IMG/VR virus record: IMGVR_UViG_3300025635_000072
Span: 1-38,278 of that record
Length of the DNA: 38,278 nt
Strand: one strand, 5' to 3'
Source of the DNA: a virus
Lineage: Duplodnaviria > Caudoviricetes
The position numbers and the translations under genes are program-made. Position 1 is the first letter of the stretch; the number at the start of each line of letters is the position of its first letter. Below are positions 15,039 through 23,280 of this stretch, piece after piece. The notes beneath the pieces are model-generated. The model was given only the letters and a program-made list of their open reading frames with translations. It ran no database searches and was not told the origin of the DNA.

Positions 15039-15105
15039 CTGGATGTAGCTCAGTGGCAGAGTGCTTGCTTTGGAAGCGAGAGGTCGGAATTTCCCATCCA
15101 GACCA
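15039..15105 (+). tRNA. tRNA-Pro(TGG) with truncated T-arm (67 nt; possibly a pseudogene)
   Basis: Perfect acceptor CTGGATG/CATCCAG-A-CCA, intact D and anticodon arms (CTTGC-TTTGGAA-GCGAG), T-arm reduced to GGAATTTCC. Confidence 0.75.
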
Positions 15106-15121
15106 ATTACTAGGAATTATA

Positions 15122-15337
15122 ATGAAATACTATATGGACAATAAAAGGCATCTAGTCTGTCTTCCATATAGTATTGAAAATCTCCATCAAATGGCAATAA
15201 AATTAAATATTAATCGTTGCTGGTTTCATAAGAATCATTATGATATACCTAAACGGCGAATGGAGGAAATGAAATTATTATGTAATGTAGTTTCATCCCG
15301 AGATATATTGAATATAATAAAGAATGGAAATTATTAA
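15122..15337 (+). CDS. DUF4031-like small protein (start revised to ATG 15122)
   Basis: RHLVC...IENLHQMA..LNINRCWF...HYDI motif; AGGA RBS. Confidence 0.65.
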   Translation: MKYYMDNKRHLVCLPYSIENLHQMAIKLNINRCWFHKNHYDIPKRRMEEMKLLCNVVSSRDILNIIKNGNY

Positions 15338-15593
15338 TATGATAAAGATTGAAAACAATGATCAATTGAAGAATTGTCCATTCTGTGGAACATTACATGA
15401 AACATATATGGAACCGACATATTTAAGTAGATCACCTAGAATGGGCAGAAGTAATGATGAAACTAACGTAATTAGCGTAGAAATTCGTCACTGGTGCCCA
15501 AATATTCCTGGACAACCTAGCCAGAGAGTGATAGTAAAGGTTGGGCGCGATGTAGAATCGGTAATCAAATTATGGAATATGCGATATGAATAA
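15324..15593 (+). CDS. Lar-like (restriction alleviation) zinc-ribbon protein
   Basis: LKNCPFCG ... C ... IKLWNMR. Confidence 0.6.
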   Translation: MEIINMIKIENNDQLKNCPFCGTLHETYMEPTYLSRSPRMGRSNDETNVISVEIRHWCPNIPGQPSQRVIVKVGRDVESVIKLWNMRYE

Positions 15594-15654
15594 TGTTTAT
15601 ATGTTTATTGGAATTTTACTTTTAGTTATATTGTATAATATCTATGGAAATTAA
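15586..15654 (+). CDS. 22-aa single-TM micro-protein
   Basis: MNNVYMFIGILLLVILYNIYGN*; coupled to neighbours. Confidence 0.4.
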   Translation: MNNVYMFIGILLLVILYNIYGN

Positions 15655-15763
15655 TATTGTTCTATTAATTTTTCTATTCGCCGCCGCAGTAATTATTTAT
15701 GAACATTTAGGATCATTCCTAATCTTTCCACAGAGGAATTACAGAAGAAGATTGACGAATTGA
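15644..15763 (+). CDS. 39-aa membrane micro-protein
   Basis: MEINIVLLIFLFAAAVIIYEHLGSFLIFPQRNYRRRLTN*. Confidence 0.45.
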   Translation: MEINIVLLIFLFAAAVIIYEHLGSFLIFPQRNYRRRLTN

Positions 15764-15790
15764 GTTAATTTATAAAAGGATTAAATAAGC

Positions 15791-16180
15791 GTGAAGCCAA
15801 TGATTCATTCCAAACTTTCGGTCAAAAGATACGGCGGAAAGCGCGAAGATTATCTACCAATTCATAATATGATGGATATTAGCAAGTCTGCATTAGCTGA
15901 TGTTCGTCATCGGGCTATTCTCCATAATTCATTAGGTCCATATCTAATGGAACATATTTTCGGAACAACTATTACTAACTCGGATAATACGGAAGTTTGT
16001 GTTCGTGATATTGCCGAAGATCATATTATGGAGGATTTAGGTCGTATTCCAACCATTGAACAATGGCTAAAAGGTGTTAAGGTTGAACCGTGGATGGCCG
16101 GTGGTGTTCTTAAATATAAGAAAATGATGGAACAAGAGGAACAATCCGATAACAACAATAATCAAGTCAATTTAGATTAA
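15791..16180 (+). CDS. DUF6915-like His-rich protein
   Basis: HSKLSVKRYGGKREDYLPIHNMMD..K....D.RHRAILH...VRDIAEDHIMEDLG.IP. Confidence 0.7.
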   Translation: MKPMIHSKLSVKRYGGKREDYLPIHNMMDISKSALADVRHRAILHNSLGPYLMEHIFGTTITNSDNTEVCVRDIAEDHIMEDLGRIPTIEQWLKGVKVEPWMAGGVLKYKKMMEQEEQSDNNNNQVNLD

Positions 16181-16198
16181 TTATAAGGGAATAAGATA

Positions 16199-16684
16199 AT
16201 GGCAAATTTTAAAATTACAGAAGATACAGTAATTTCTAATCTAGGTGAAGCTCTAGTAGTTGAATTGGATATGCTACGTCTTGAATATAAGAACAAGTGT
16301 AAAGATGCATTCAATAGATTACTTAGGGTATTTTTTGAAACATATCCCCAGGTGAAAACTATTTATTGGGCACAATGGGTTCCAGGATTTAATGATGGTG
16401 ATCCTTGCACATTTACATTAGGTGATATTAATTTTTCTCCCAGTGATTGGCGAGAAATTGATGGTCCATATGCTGATGATGAAAATGAAGATGATGAAAG
16501 AAAGAAGTTTAACGTTCCCTGGAATCTTAAAGAGGTAACTGATGCTTTTACAATTGACCTAAAAGCTATGAATGACGTAATCTGTGATCTAGAAGACCAT
16601 CTAGAATCTGCATTTGGTAGTCATGCCTTTGTTCGTATTCATCGGGATGGAATGGAGGTAGATGATTATGATTGTGGATACTAA
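16199..16684 (+). CDS. acidic conserved phage protein (FNDGDPC motif)
   Basis: WAQWVPGFNDGDPCTF ... FGSHAFV. Confidence 0.7.
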   Translation: MANFKITEDTVISNLGEALVVELDMLRLEYKNKCKDAFNRLLRVFFETYPQVKTIYWAQWVPGFNDGDPCTFTLGDINFSPSDWREIDGPYADDENEDDERKKFNVPWNLKEVTDAFTIDLKAMNDVICDLEDHLESAFGSHAFVRIHRDGMEVDDYDCGY

Positions 16685-16691
16685 TTCTAAT

Positions 16692-17807
16692 ATGAAATTT
16701 CTGAAATTTAAGAAAGAGGATACATTGGCTGTATATGTGGGACGATTCCAAATCCCACATATTGGTCATTCCCATATTGTTTATAAGGGACTGGAAATTG
16801 CCGATAGAGTATTGATTGTCCTAGGTTCTGCCAATGAATCCCCTAGTTTCCGCAATCCATTTTCAGTAAATGACAGAATTGCTATGCTTAGGACATATTT
16901 TAATTATAAAAATTATTTTAACTATGCTAATATTTTAGATAATATTGTTTATGATAAAATTGAAGACGATCTATATGGAAATATGTGGTATAATAATTTA
17001 GATAAAATTGTCACTAAATGGAAAGATAGTTATGGATATAAAAATATCGTTCTAATTGGTCATCATAAAGATTCTTCATCCGATTATCTACGGGATACCA
17101 ATATTAAGAATGTAGTGGAATTTGAGGCAATTCCAGGCATTCATTCAAGTGATATGCGTAAATTGTATTTTACCGAGGAAACTAAGAACGAAATTTACAA
17201 TCAATACGATAAGTTATCTGCCGGCACAATTAATTTTCTTAGTTCTCATATGAATATGAAGGAATATTATAATATTCAGAATGAGATGAAGGCTATTAAT
17301 AAGAATAAAGAAATCTGGAAAAATTCTCCATATCCACCCTTATTTGTAACGACTGATTCATGTGTTGTATGTAAGGAACATGTATTAGTAATTCGTCGTA
17401 AGAATTATCCTGGTAAGGGTCTTCTTGCTCTGCCCGGTGGATATCTAAATGAAAATGAAGATATTCAAGATGGGATGATGCGGGAATTACTTGAAGAAAC
17501 TTCATTGACTAATAGAATTGATTATAAAATTATTACCAACTCAATTAAGTTACGGAAGGAATTTTCACATCCACAACGTTCCGAACGTGGAAGAATTATT
17601 ACCTTTGCATCATTGATTATGTTAGACCAGTATATGCTAATGGACCTATATGATTTTGATGAAGATGAATTACCACATGTGGAGGCTGCTGATGATGCAG
17701 AGGAAGCATTTTGGCTACCATTGAAAGACCTTAAAAGTCGCCGTGCAGAATTTTTCGAGGATCATTATCATATGATCAATTATTTTGTTCGGAAGGCTAT
17801 TTATTAA
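16692..17807 (+). CDS. nadM: bifunctional NMN adenylyltransferase / ADP-ribose pyrophosphatase (NadM-Nudix, NatV-like)
   Basis: GRFQIPHIGH (HxGH), GSAN...RNPF, SSDMR; Nudix box GGYLNENEDIQDGMMRELLEETSL; DDA, FEDH. Confidence 0.92.
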   Translation: MKFLKFKKEDTLAVYVGRFQIPHIGHSHIVYKGLEIADRVLIVLGSANESPSFRNPFSVNDRIAMLRTYFNYKNYFNYANILDNIVYDKIEDDLYGNMWYNNLDKIVTKWKDSYGYKNIVLIGHHKDSSSDYLRDTNIKNVVEFEAIPGIHSSDMRKLYFTEETKNEIYNQYDKLSAGTINFLSSHMNMKEYYNIQNEMKAINKNKEIWKNSPYPPLFVTTDSCVVCKEHVLVIRRKNYPGKGLLALPGGYLNENEDIQDGMMRELLEETSLTNRIDYKIITNSIKLRKEFSHPQRSERGRIITFASLIMLDQYMLMDLYDFDEDELPHVEAADDAEEAFWLPLKDLKSRRAEFFEDHYHMINYFVRKAIY

Positions 17808-17825
17808 TTATAGGAGATTATTATA

Positions 17826-18161
17826 ATGAATCATAATGAAAATGTTCAAAACATTATGTGTAATATTACGGTGGAAAAACAATCCCCACGTCAAATCCCC
17901 GAGCATTATACTTTTTATGTTATGAGTGGGGATGTATCTAAAAGCACTAAATTTGATTTTAGTGTTAAATATTCTGATCTATATCCTATTATTATTGAAA
18001 ATATTCACTCTAGGTTTCCTTATCTACATTCATTATTACTAAAGACATTTCCCGAAAAGAAAAAATATACATGGCCAGATGGTCTAGCCGAGGAATTACC
18101 TACTGGTAATGTTGATGCTGGAAAATTTATTTGTTTTATTCGGGATTTAGCTCATAGTTAA
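17826..18161 (+). CDS. hypothetical protein
   Basis: 111-aa ORF with AGGAG RBS. Confidence 0.65.
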   Translation: MNHNENVQNIMCNITVEKQSPRQIPEHYTFYVMSGDVSKSTKFDFSVKYSDLYPIIIENIHSRFPYLHSLLLKTFPEKKKYTWPDGLAEELPTGNVDAGKFICFIRDLAHS

Positions 18162-18178
18162 TAAGAGGAATTTATATT

Positions 18179-18550
18179 ATGATGACTTTGGATGAAGTGA
18201 AGACTATTGTATTCGATTGTCGTTATTTAATTGGATGGGATATTTTAGTAAAATTAGATAATGATCGTCCATATCTACAAATTTCGGTGGATGATACTGA
18301 TAATTTTACTGGACTACCTTTAAGGTGGACTGGACGTAAATGGTTTCTTAGTTACCATATGTGCAAAAATGAAATTGTCAATACTGTATATAAAGCAATT
18401 GAGGCGGCGGTGATGCATGAAATGCGGGAAAATTTCTTATATAAAAATACAGCTATCTTTAATCCACACCTAGACCCCGATAAACTTGTTGACTTCGTGA
18501 ATAATCCTGATAATATCAATGAACGAGAGAACTCAGAACAAGCAGTATAA
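18179..18550 (+). CDS. conserved phage hypothetical protein (GRKW / HExRE / FNPH motifs)
   Basis: WTGRKWFLSYHM..NEIV....KA......HEMRENFLY....IFNPH. Confidence 0.7.
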   Translation: MMTLDEVKTIVFDCRYLIGWDILVKLDNDRPYLQISVDDTDNFTGLPLRWTGRKWFLSYHMCKNEIVNTVYKAIEAAVMHEMRENFLYKNTAIFNPHLDPDKLVDFVNNPDNINERENSEQAV

Positions 18551-19971
18551 TGGAGAGTAATAATAAAATGATGCAGATTGAACCAATTAATACTATTATG
18601 AATGCTGATTCCTATAAGGATAGTCATTTTAATCAGCTTCCTCCCGGCACCACTCATATGTATTCCTACATTGAATCTCGCGGCGGAATGTTTGATAAGA
18701 CATTGTTCTTTGGTCTACAGATGTTCTTAAAACAATATCTTTCCGTTCCAATTACTCTGCAAGATATTAATGATGCAGAGGAAGACTCTAGTATTCATGG
18801 AACACCATTCAATCGTCAGGGTTGGATGTATATTCTTCGTAACCACAATGGTTACATGCCAGTGGAAATTCGTGCATTGCCAGAGGGAACAGTTATTCCT
18901 ACTAGGAATGTTCTATTGACTATTGTGAATACTGATCCTAATGTTCCCTGGATCACTAGCTATGTAGAAACTGCATTGCTTCGTGCAATTTGGTATCCTA
19001 CAACCGTGGCCACACTGTCCTGGCACGCAAAGCAAATTATTCGTTCATATCTTGAAAAGACTTGTGATAATCCAGAGGCAGAACTACCGTTTAAGTTGCA
19101 TGATTTTGGTGCCCGTGGTGCATCATCGGAGGAAACTGCCGCCCTGGGTGGAACTGCACATCTAGTTAATTTCATGGGAACAGATACTAAATCCGCATTG
19201 CGCTATGCACGTCATTTCTATGGTGAACGTATGGCCGGTTTCTCAATTCCTGCCATGGAACATTCCACAGTTACTTCCTGGGGTAAGGATAATGAGATTG
19301 GTGCATATAAGAATATGCTACAGAATTACGCCAAGCCTGGAAAGATTCTTGCTATTGTAAGTGATAGCTATGATCTGGAAAATTGCGTTAGGAATATTTG
19401 GGGGGATGCTCTAAAGGAAGATGTAATTAATTCTGGTGCGGTGGTCGTTGTTCGTCCTGATAGTGGCGATCCCGAATTGGTCCCAACCGAAACAATTAAA
19501 ATTCTTGGTGAAAAGTATGGGTCTACCGTAAATAAAAAGGGATATAAGGTATTACATCCATCCGTGCGGGTTATTCAGGGTGATGGCGTGAATATTGATA
19601 CTATTCCTATTATTTATGATAATCTAACTAAGATGGGATGGTCTGCGGAAAATCTCAATCTAGGTATGGGTGGTGGATTGCTACAGAAGGTGGACCGGGA
19701 CAGCCTACGTTTCGCCATGAAGGCTTCTGCGGTATGTATCAATGGAGTATGGCAGGATGTGTATAAGGACCCTGTGGGCGATCCTGGGAAGCGTTCTAAG
19801 AAAGGCCGATTTGTTGTTACATTTAACCCAGATGATGGTTGGCAAACCCTACCATTAAACAGTGGACATGACTGGGATGATATGCTACAACCTGTATGGA
19901 GGGACGGAGTTCTGCTTAGGGATCAATCATTCCAGCAAATTCGTGAGATTTCTAATTTACAATTCTCCTAA
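18550..19971 (+). CDS. nadV: nicotinamide phosphoribosyltransferase (NAMPT)
   Basis: DSYK..H, YIESR, LHDFGARG, SIPAMEHS, SDSYD, RPDSGDP, IQGDG, GMGGGLLQ, KSKKG-like motifs. Confidence 0.95.
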   Translation: MESNNKMMQIEPINTIMNADSYKDSHFNQLPPGTTHMYSYIESRGGMFDKTLFFGLQMFLKQYLSVPITLQDINDAEEDSSIHGTPFNRQGWMYILRNHNGYMPVEIRALPEGTVIPTRNVLLTIVNTDPNVPWITSYVETALLRAIWYPTTVATLSWHAKQIIRSYLEKTCDNPEAELPFKLHDFGARGASSEETAALGGTAHLVNFMGTDTKSALRYARHFYGERMAGFSIPAMEHSTVTSWGKDNEIGAYKNMLQNYAKPGKILAIVSDSYDLENCVRNIWGDALKEDVINSGAVVVVRPDSGDPELVPTETIKILGEKYGSTVNKKGYKVLHPSVRVIQGDGVNIDTIPIIYDNLTKMGWSAENLNLGMGGGLLQKVDRDSLRFAMKASAVCINGVWQDVYKDPVGDPGKRSKKGRFVVTFNPDDGWQTLPLNSGHDWDDMLQPVWRDGVLLRDQSFQQIREISNLQFS

Positions 19972-19986
19972 TAAAGGAGTTATATT

Positions 19987-20073
19987 ATGACACGTAGAGA
20001 AATCATTATGCAGACGGTTAGTATTGTATTAATCGTCATTTCTTTAATTTGGTTTACCTATAGCTATAGTTAA
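19987..20073 (+). CDS. 28-aa single-TM micro-protein
   Basis: MTRREIIMQTVSIVLIVISLIWFTYSYS*; AAGGAG RBS. Confidence 0.6.
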   Translation: MTRREIIMQTVSIVLIVISLIWFTYSYS

Positions 20074-20094
20074 GTAATATAGGAGCGATTCTTT

Positions 20095-20592
20095 ATGGGA
20101 GCAAAGGCGAAAGTAACTGTTTATAGATTAGAAAACTCTTGGGGATTAGGGCCATATGGAGCACAGGCATGTGGGACTCATGATTATGGTTATGGACGTA
20201 ATCATCCACCACCACAAGATGATGGTCTAGATATAAATTTTGTGTATTTTAAGAATAAATATCCTAAGTCATATAATAAAAATAAAGTTAAATTTGGATT
20301 TAAATCTCTGGAACAATTATATGATTGGTTTCCAGTAGAAATTATTGGAAAATTTCATAGCACACATAAAATACATATTGTAACTAAGGAAGTAAGAGAA
20401 GATTTAGTTATATATGGTCATAATCAAGTAATATTTTATGATATTAGATCGCCTAGTAAGATAATTGATTATGATTATAAAATAAAATTTAAAAGAAATG
20501 TTCCATTTAAAGATATAAATCTATTATATAATGATAAAATGATTGGTTTCAAAACTCTTACCGCTGCACTAAACATTATTAATGAACAATAA
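20095..20592 (+). CDS. hypothetical protein, possible ADP-ribosyltransferase-like fold
   Basis: VYRLE...GPY...HPPP.DD...FGFKSLEQL..WF...QVIF. Confidence 0.55.
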   Translation: MGAKAKVTVYRLENSWGLGPYGAQACGTHDYGYGRNHPPPQDDGLDINFVYFKNKYPKSYNKNKVKFGFKSLEQLYDWFPVEIIGKFHSTHKIHIVTKEVREDLVIYGHNQVIFYDIRSPSKIIDYDYKIKFKRNVPFKDINLLYNDKMIGFKTLTAALNIINEQ

Positions 20593-20604
20593 AGGAATTA
20601 TAAG

Positions 20605-21006
20605 ATGAAGAATTTTTTCAAGTATGGATCAATGGCAGTAGCCGGATTTGTTGCCATTGGCGTAGGAATTTTTGCAGTAAATATTATTACTCAGCCAATG
20701 CGAACGGTAACTGGCGTTATGAGTAAGACTTTCTCTGCGGAGAATGTTCTTACTAAGTATGAATGGTTTCATGATGCCAATGGCCAATACATGGCACGAG
20801 TAAATCAAATCAAAGTTTCCAAATCTAACATGAAAAATGAAACTGATACAGCCGAACGGCAACGAATTCGTATTGAATTGAATGCACAACAACAATCCTG
20901 TCGTGATCTAGTTACCCGCTATAATGCCAATTCAACAAAGACAAATGTTGGTATTTTCCAGGGGCGAGAGGCACCAGCAACTCTAGATATTGCTACTTGT
21001 GAGTAA
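20605..21006 (+). CDS. N-terminally membrane-anchored helical protein
   Basis: TM segment AVAGFVAIGVGIFAVNII; YEWFHD; two Cys; YNANS. Confidence 0.75.
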   Translation: MKNFFKYGSMAVAGFVAIGVGIFAVNIITQPMRTVTGVMSKTFSAENVLTKYEWFHDANGQYMARVNQIKVSKSNMKNETDTAERQRIRIELNAQQQSCRDLVTRYNANSTKTNVGIFQGREAPATLDIATCE

Positions 21007-21310
21007 ATATTCAGTTGTTACTTTATATGATTTTGGTGATGGGAACGGTCCTGTTCCAGCCAAACAACATATAAATGGTGGTGGTTGGGTAGCTGATACT
21101 GCAAAAGTATCTAGAACAGTATATGTTGGCCCAAAAGCTAAGGTATATGGTAACGCTCAAATTTCTGGTAATGCTGTTATATTTGATAACGTAGAAGTAT
21201 ATGGCAATGCGAAATTTTCTGGCGATCCAATATTAAAAGGGAATCACAAGTATTTTGGTCAACCACGAAAAAGAAACAAAAATGACGGTTATCCATACTT
21301 TCGGAAATAA
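20990..21310 (+). CDS. left-handed beta-helix hexapeptide-repeat protein (paralog of 4948-5718)
   Basis: DFGDGNGPVPAKQHINGGGWVADTA; VYGNAQISGNAVIFDNVEVYGNA repeats. Confidence 0.75.
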   Translation: MLLVSKYSVVTLYDFGDGNGPVPAKQHINGGGWVADTAKVSRTVYVGPKAKVYGNAQISGNAVIFDNVEVYGNAKFSGDPILKGNHKYFGQPRKRNKNDGYPYFRK

Positions 21311-21323
21311 TTTAACATAAAGG

Positions 21324-21875
21324 ATGAATAATAATATGATGATTAAGAATAAATTACTTTCTGCTTTTCTTGTTGGTAGTATTTCCCTTGTATCTCTAGG
21401 AGGATGTTGGGAGCAAGCGGTTTCCCAGCCAAGCAATAAAAATACCCAGGCACAGAAGGCCAGGGAAGCCGCGAATTCAATTGTATTTACTGAAAATGCA
21501 GAAATTGAAAATATTAAAAAGCGTCTGGAACTAACATCAAATCCAGGACTTCTTGGTTATGTAATTCTTCTCAATGCATCTGGACAACCAATTCTATATG
21601 AAGGTGTAATGGGAAAGATTACATCTGGATCAAAGCGCCTAACGGAGCCTGATCGCATCGTTACTGCCGGTAATGGTAGTGGTGGAACGAACATGACCAC
21701 TAGGCAAGCTCCATCTGATGAAGGAACATATGGTTCAAGCAATCCGTATATCTTCTATACAAATACCGATGGCGTATATCGTCAATGGTCAGGAGATTAT
21801 CTATATTCAACACAACCAATGCGCCTTAATATTACCCCGCTAGTTGTTAACATCAAGGATAATCCAAAACAATGA
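21324..21875 (+). CDS. putative lipoprotein
   Basis: Signal peptide with lipobox SLGG-C; conserved-looking GKITS..KRLT and PSDEGTYGSS. Confidence 0.75.
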   Translation: MNNNMMIKNKLLSAFLVGSISLVSLGGCWEQAVSQPSNKNTQAQKAREAANSIVFTENAEIENIKKRLELTSNPGLLGYVILLNASGQPILYEGVMGKITSGSKRLTEPDRIVTAGNGSGGTNMTTRQAPSDEGTYGSSNPYIFYTNTDGVYRQWSGDYLYSTQPMRLNITPLVVNIKDNPKQ

Positions 21876-22063
21876 AATCACTATTAATCATTTTTTCCTT
21901 ATACAATGGAGTTGCATTACCAAAACTTCCATTGTATTTGGATACAGTTTCGCCCGATTGTCTAGTTGAATTTAATATGATTATTGGTATCAATGAAAAT
22001 ATTAAGGATACTGGACTTCAATTTAAACCAGTTTGTGTTACTTCATTGGGTAATGATGAGTAA
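21872..22063 (+). CDS. hypothetical small protein
   Basis: ATGA-coupled ORF. Confidence 0.55.
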   Translation: MKSLLIIFSLYNGVALPKLPLYLDTVSPDCLVEFNMIIGINENIKDTGLQFKPVCVTSLGNDE

Positions 22064-22232
22064 TAGTAGTAGTAATAATAATTATTCTGTAGATATGCTA
22101 CTTAAATCAGCATTTGTATATGAAATCTTAAATAAATTGAAATATACAAATGCTGATAATAATGGTATGATAATCAAAATATATTTAGAAAATAGGATTA
22201 AAGAAATTAATTCACGATATAAAGATATGTAA
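22056..22232 (+). CDS. hypothetical small protein (start revised)
   Basis: Coupled start; YLENRIKEI C-terminus. Confidence 0.5.
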   Translation: MSNSSSNNNYSVDMLLKSAFVYEILNKLKYTNADNNGMIIKIYLENRIKEINSRYKDM

Positions 22233-22234
22233 AT

Positions 22235-22423
22235 ATGGGAATTCCTATTAAATATAATGCATTCACTGAATTGGGTGCTAAGACTATGATTAAAATACTC
22301 ACTAAGAAAATGGGCTGTATCAATGTATCAGAAATAGTGTATAGTGATGGAATGTATCATTATACCGTTGAAAATGAGAATTGGTCTGATACTACAAAAT
22401 GGGATTTAGATGATAAATGTTAG
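22235..22423 (+). CDS. hypothetical small protein
   Basis: Tightly packed ORF. Confidence 0.55.
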   Translation: MGIPIKYNAFTELGAKTMIKILTKKMGCINVSEIVYSDGMYHYTVENENWSDTTKWDLDDKC

Positions 22424-22506
22424 ATTATAAGACAAGCTGGGTCTTAATTATTTTAATCGTAATTGTAACTATAATTTTACGGGCAGTAAATAATGGTAGT
22501 TTATAA
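22417..22506 (+). CDS. 29-aa single-TM micro-protein
   Basis: MLDYKTSWVLIILIVIVTIILRAVNNGSL*. Confidence 0.45.
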   Translation: MLDYKTSWVLIILIVIVTIILRAVNNGSL

Positions 22507-22576
22507 AATATTTATTATTACAGTAATAATAATTCAATTAAGTTTTCTTTTATATCTTATGTTTGGAGTAAATTAA
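22493..22576 (+). CDS. 27-aa single-TM micro-protein
   Basis: MVVYKIFIITVIIIQLSFLLYLMFGVN*; stop abuts ATG 22577. Confidence 0.45.
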   Translation: MVVYKIFIITVIIIQLSFLLYLMFGVN

Positions 22577-22888
22577 ATGGTAGATCGAAATAGAAAAACA
22601 GTAAAAGATTATTCATATTCTATACAAATCCCTGATACTCTAGGCGAATTAGCAACTCATCTGGAAGAATTGCTTCAAAAATACGGCCCGAATGCAGAAC
22701 TTTGTCTAGATCATATGGATAATTATTCCGATCACTATAGTCTCTATATTCAGCTTTATCGACTCGAAAATGATAAAGAATATAAAAAGAGAATTATAAA
22801 TGAAGAATATTGGGAGAAACAACGGGAAGACCGGGAACGTCAGGATTACTTAAAGTTGAAGGCTAAATTTGAAGGTGGAGATAAGTAA
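22577..22888 (+). CDS. hypothetical protein
   Basis: RLENDKEY..R...YLKLKAKFE, a C-terminal pattern common in phage proteins. Confidence 0.7.
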   Translation: MVDRNRKTVKDYSYSIQIPDTLGELATHLEELLQKYGPNAELCLDHMDNYSDHYSLYIQLYRLENDKEYKKRIINEEYWEKQREDRERQDYLKLKAKFEGGDK

Positions 22889-23254
22889 ATGGAATTTACA
22901 TTTATGGAAAATAATTCGGATGGTGATCCATTTGCCGGCATTTCATATAATACTCCTGGAAAAATTCTATTTAAATACACCGCTGCCAATGAACAATATG
23001 ATTCTGATATTGAAATTGTAGACCATAGTGGATGCACAATTTATATTCAGGAAGGTATCGGTTTTGATTACTTCCTGGAAAATTACGTTGATATGGAGAA
23101 AATTACGGCGACGGGATTATATGTTGTTGACGGGATCATTGGAACCTATTATAAAGGTGATGGTTGGTCCACTGACGATGACGAAACATGGGAATATTCA
23201 GAGGTTAGGCCAGCATCAGAAATGGAGATTAAAACAGAATCTCTAGATGACTGA
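22889..23254 (+). CDS. acidic hypothetical protein
   Basis: 121-aa D/E-rich ORF with GGAG RBS. Confidence 0.7.
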   Translation: MEFTFMENNSDGDPFAGISYNTPGKILFKYTAANEQYDSDIEIVDHSGCTIYIQEGIGFDYFLENYVDMEKITATGLYVVDGIIGTYYKGDGWSTDDDETWEYSEVRPASEMEIKTESLDD

Positions 23255-23280
23255 TAATTAAACATATAAGGATTTATATT

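Noticed and set aside
15053-15121. GTG start of ORF 15053-15337
   Set aside because: It overlaps tRNA-Pro; ATG 15122 has an RBS and begins the recognisable domain.
20605-21875. Firm call as i-spanin/o-spanin
   Set aside because: Topology fits loosely, but the genes are not nested or adjacent, the lipoprotein is large and not Pro-rich, and no lysis context is visible.
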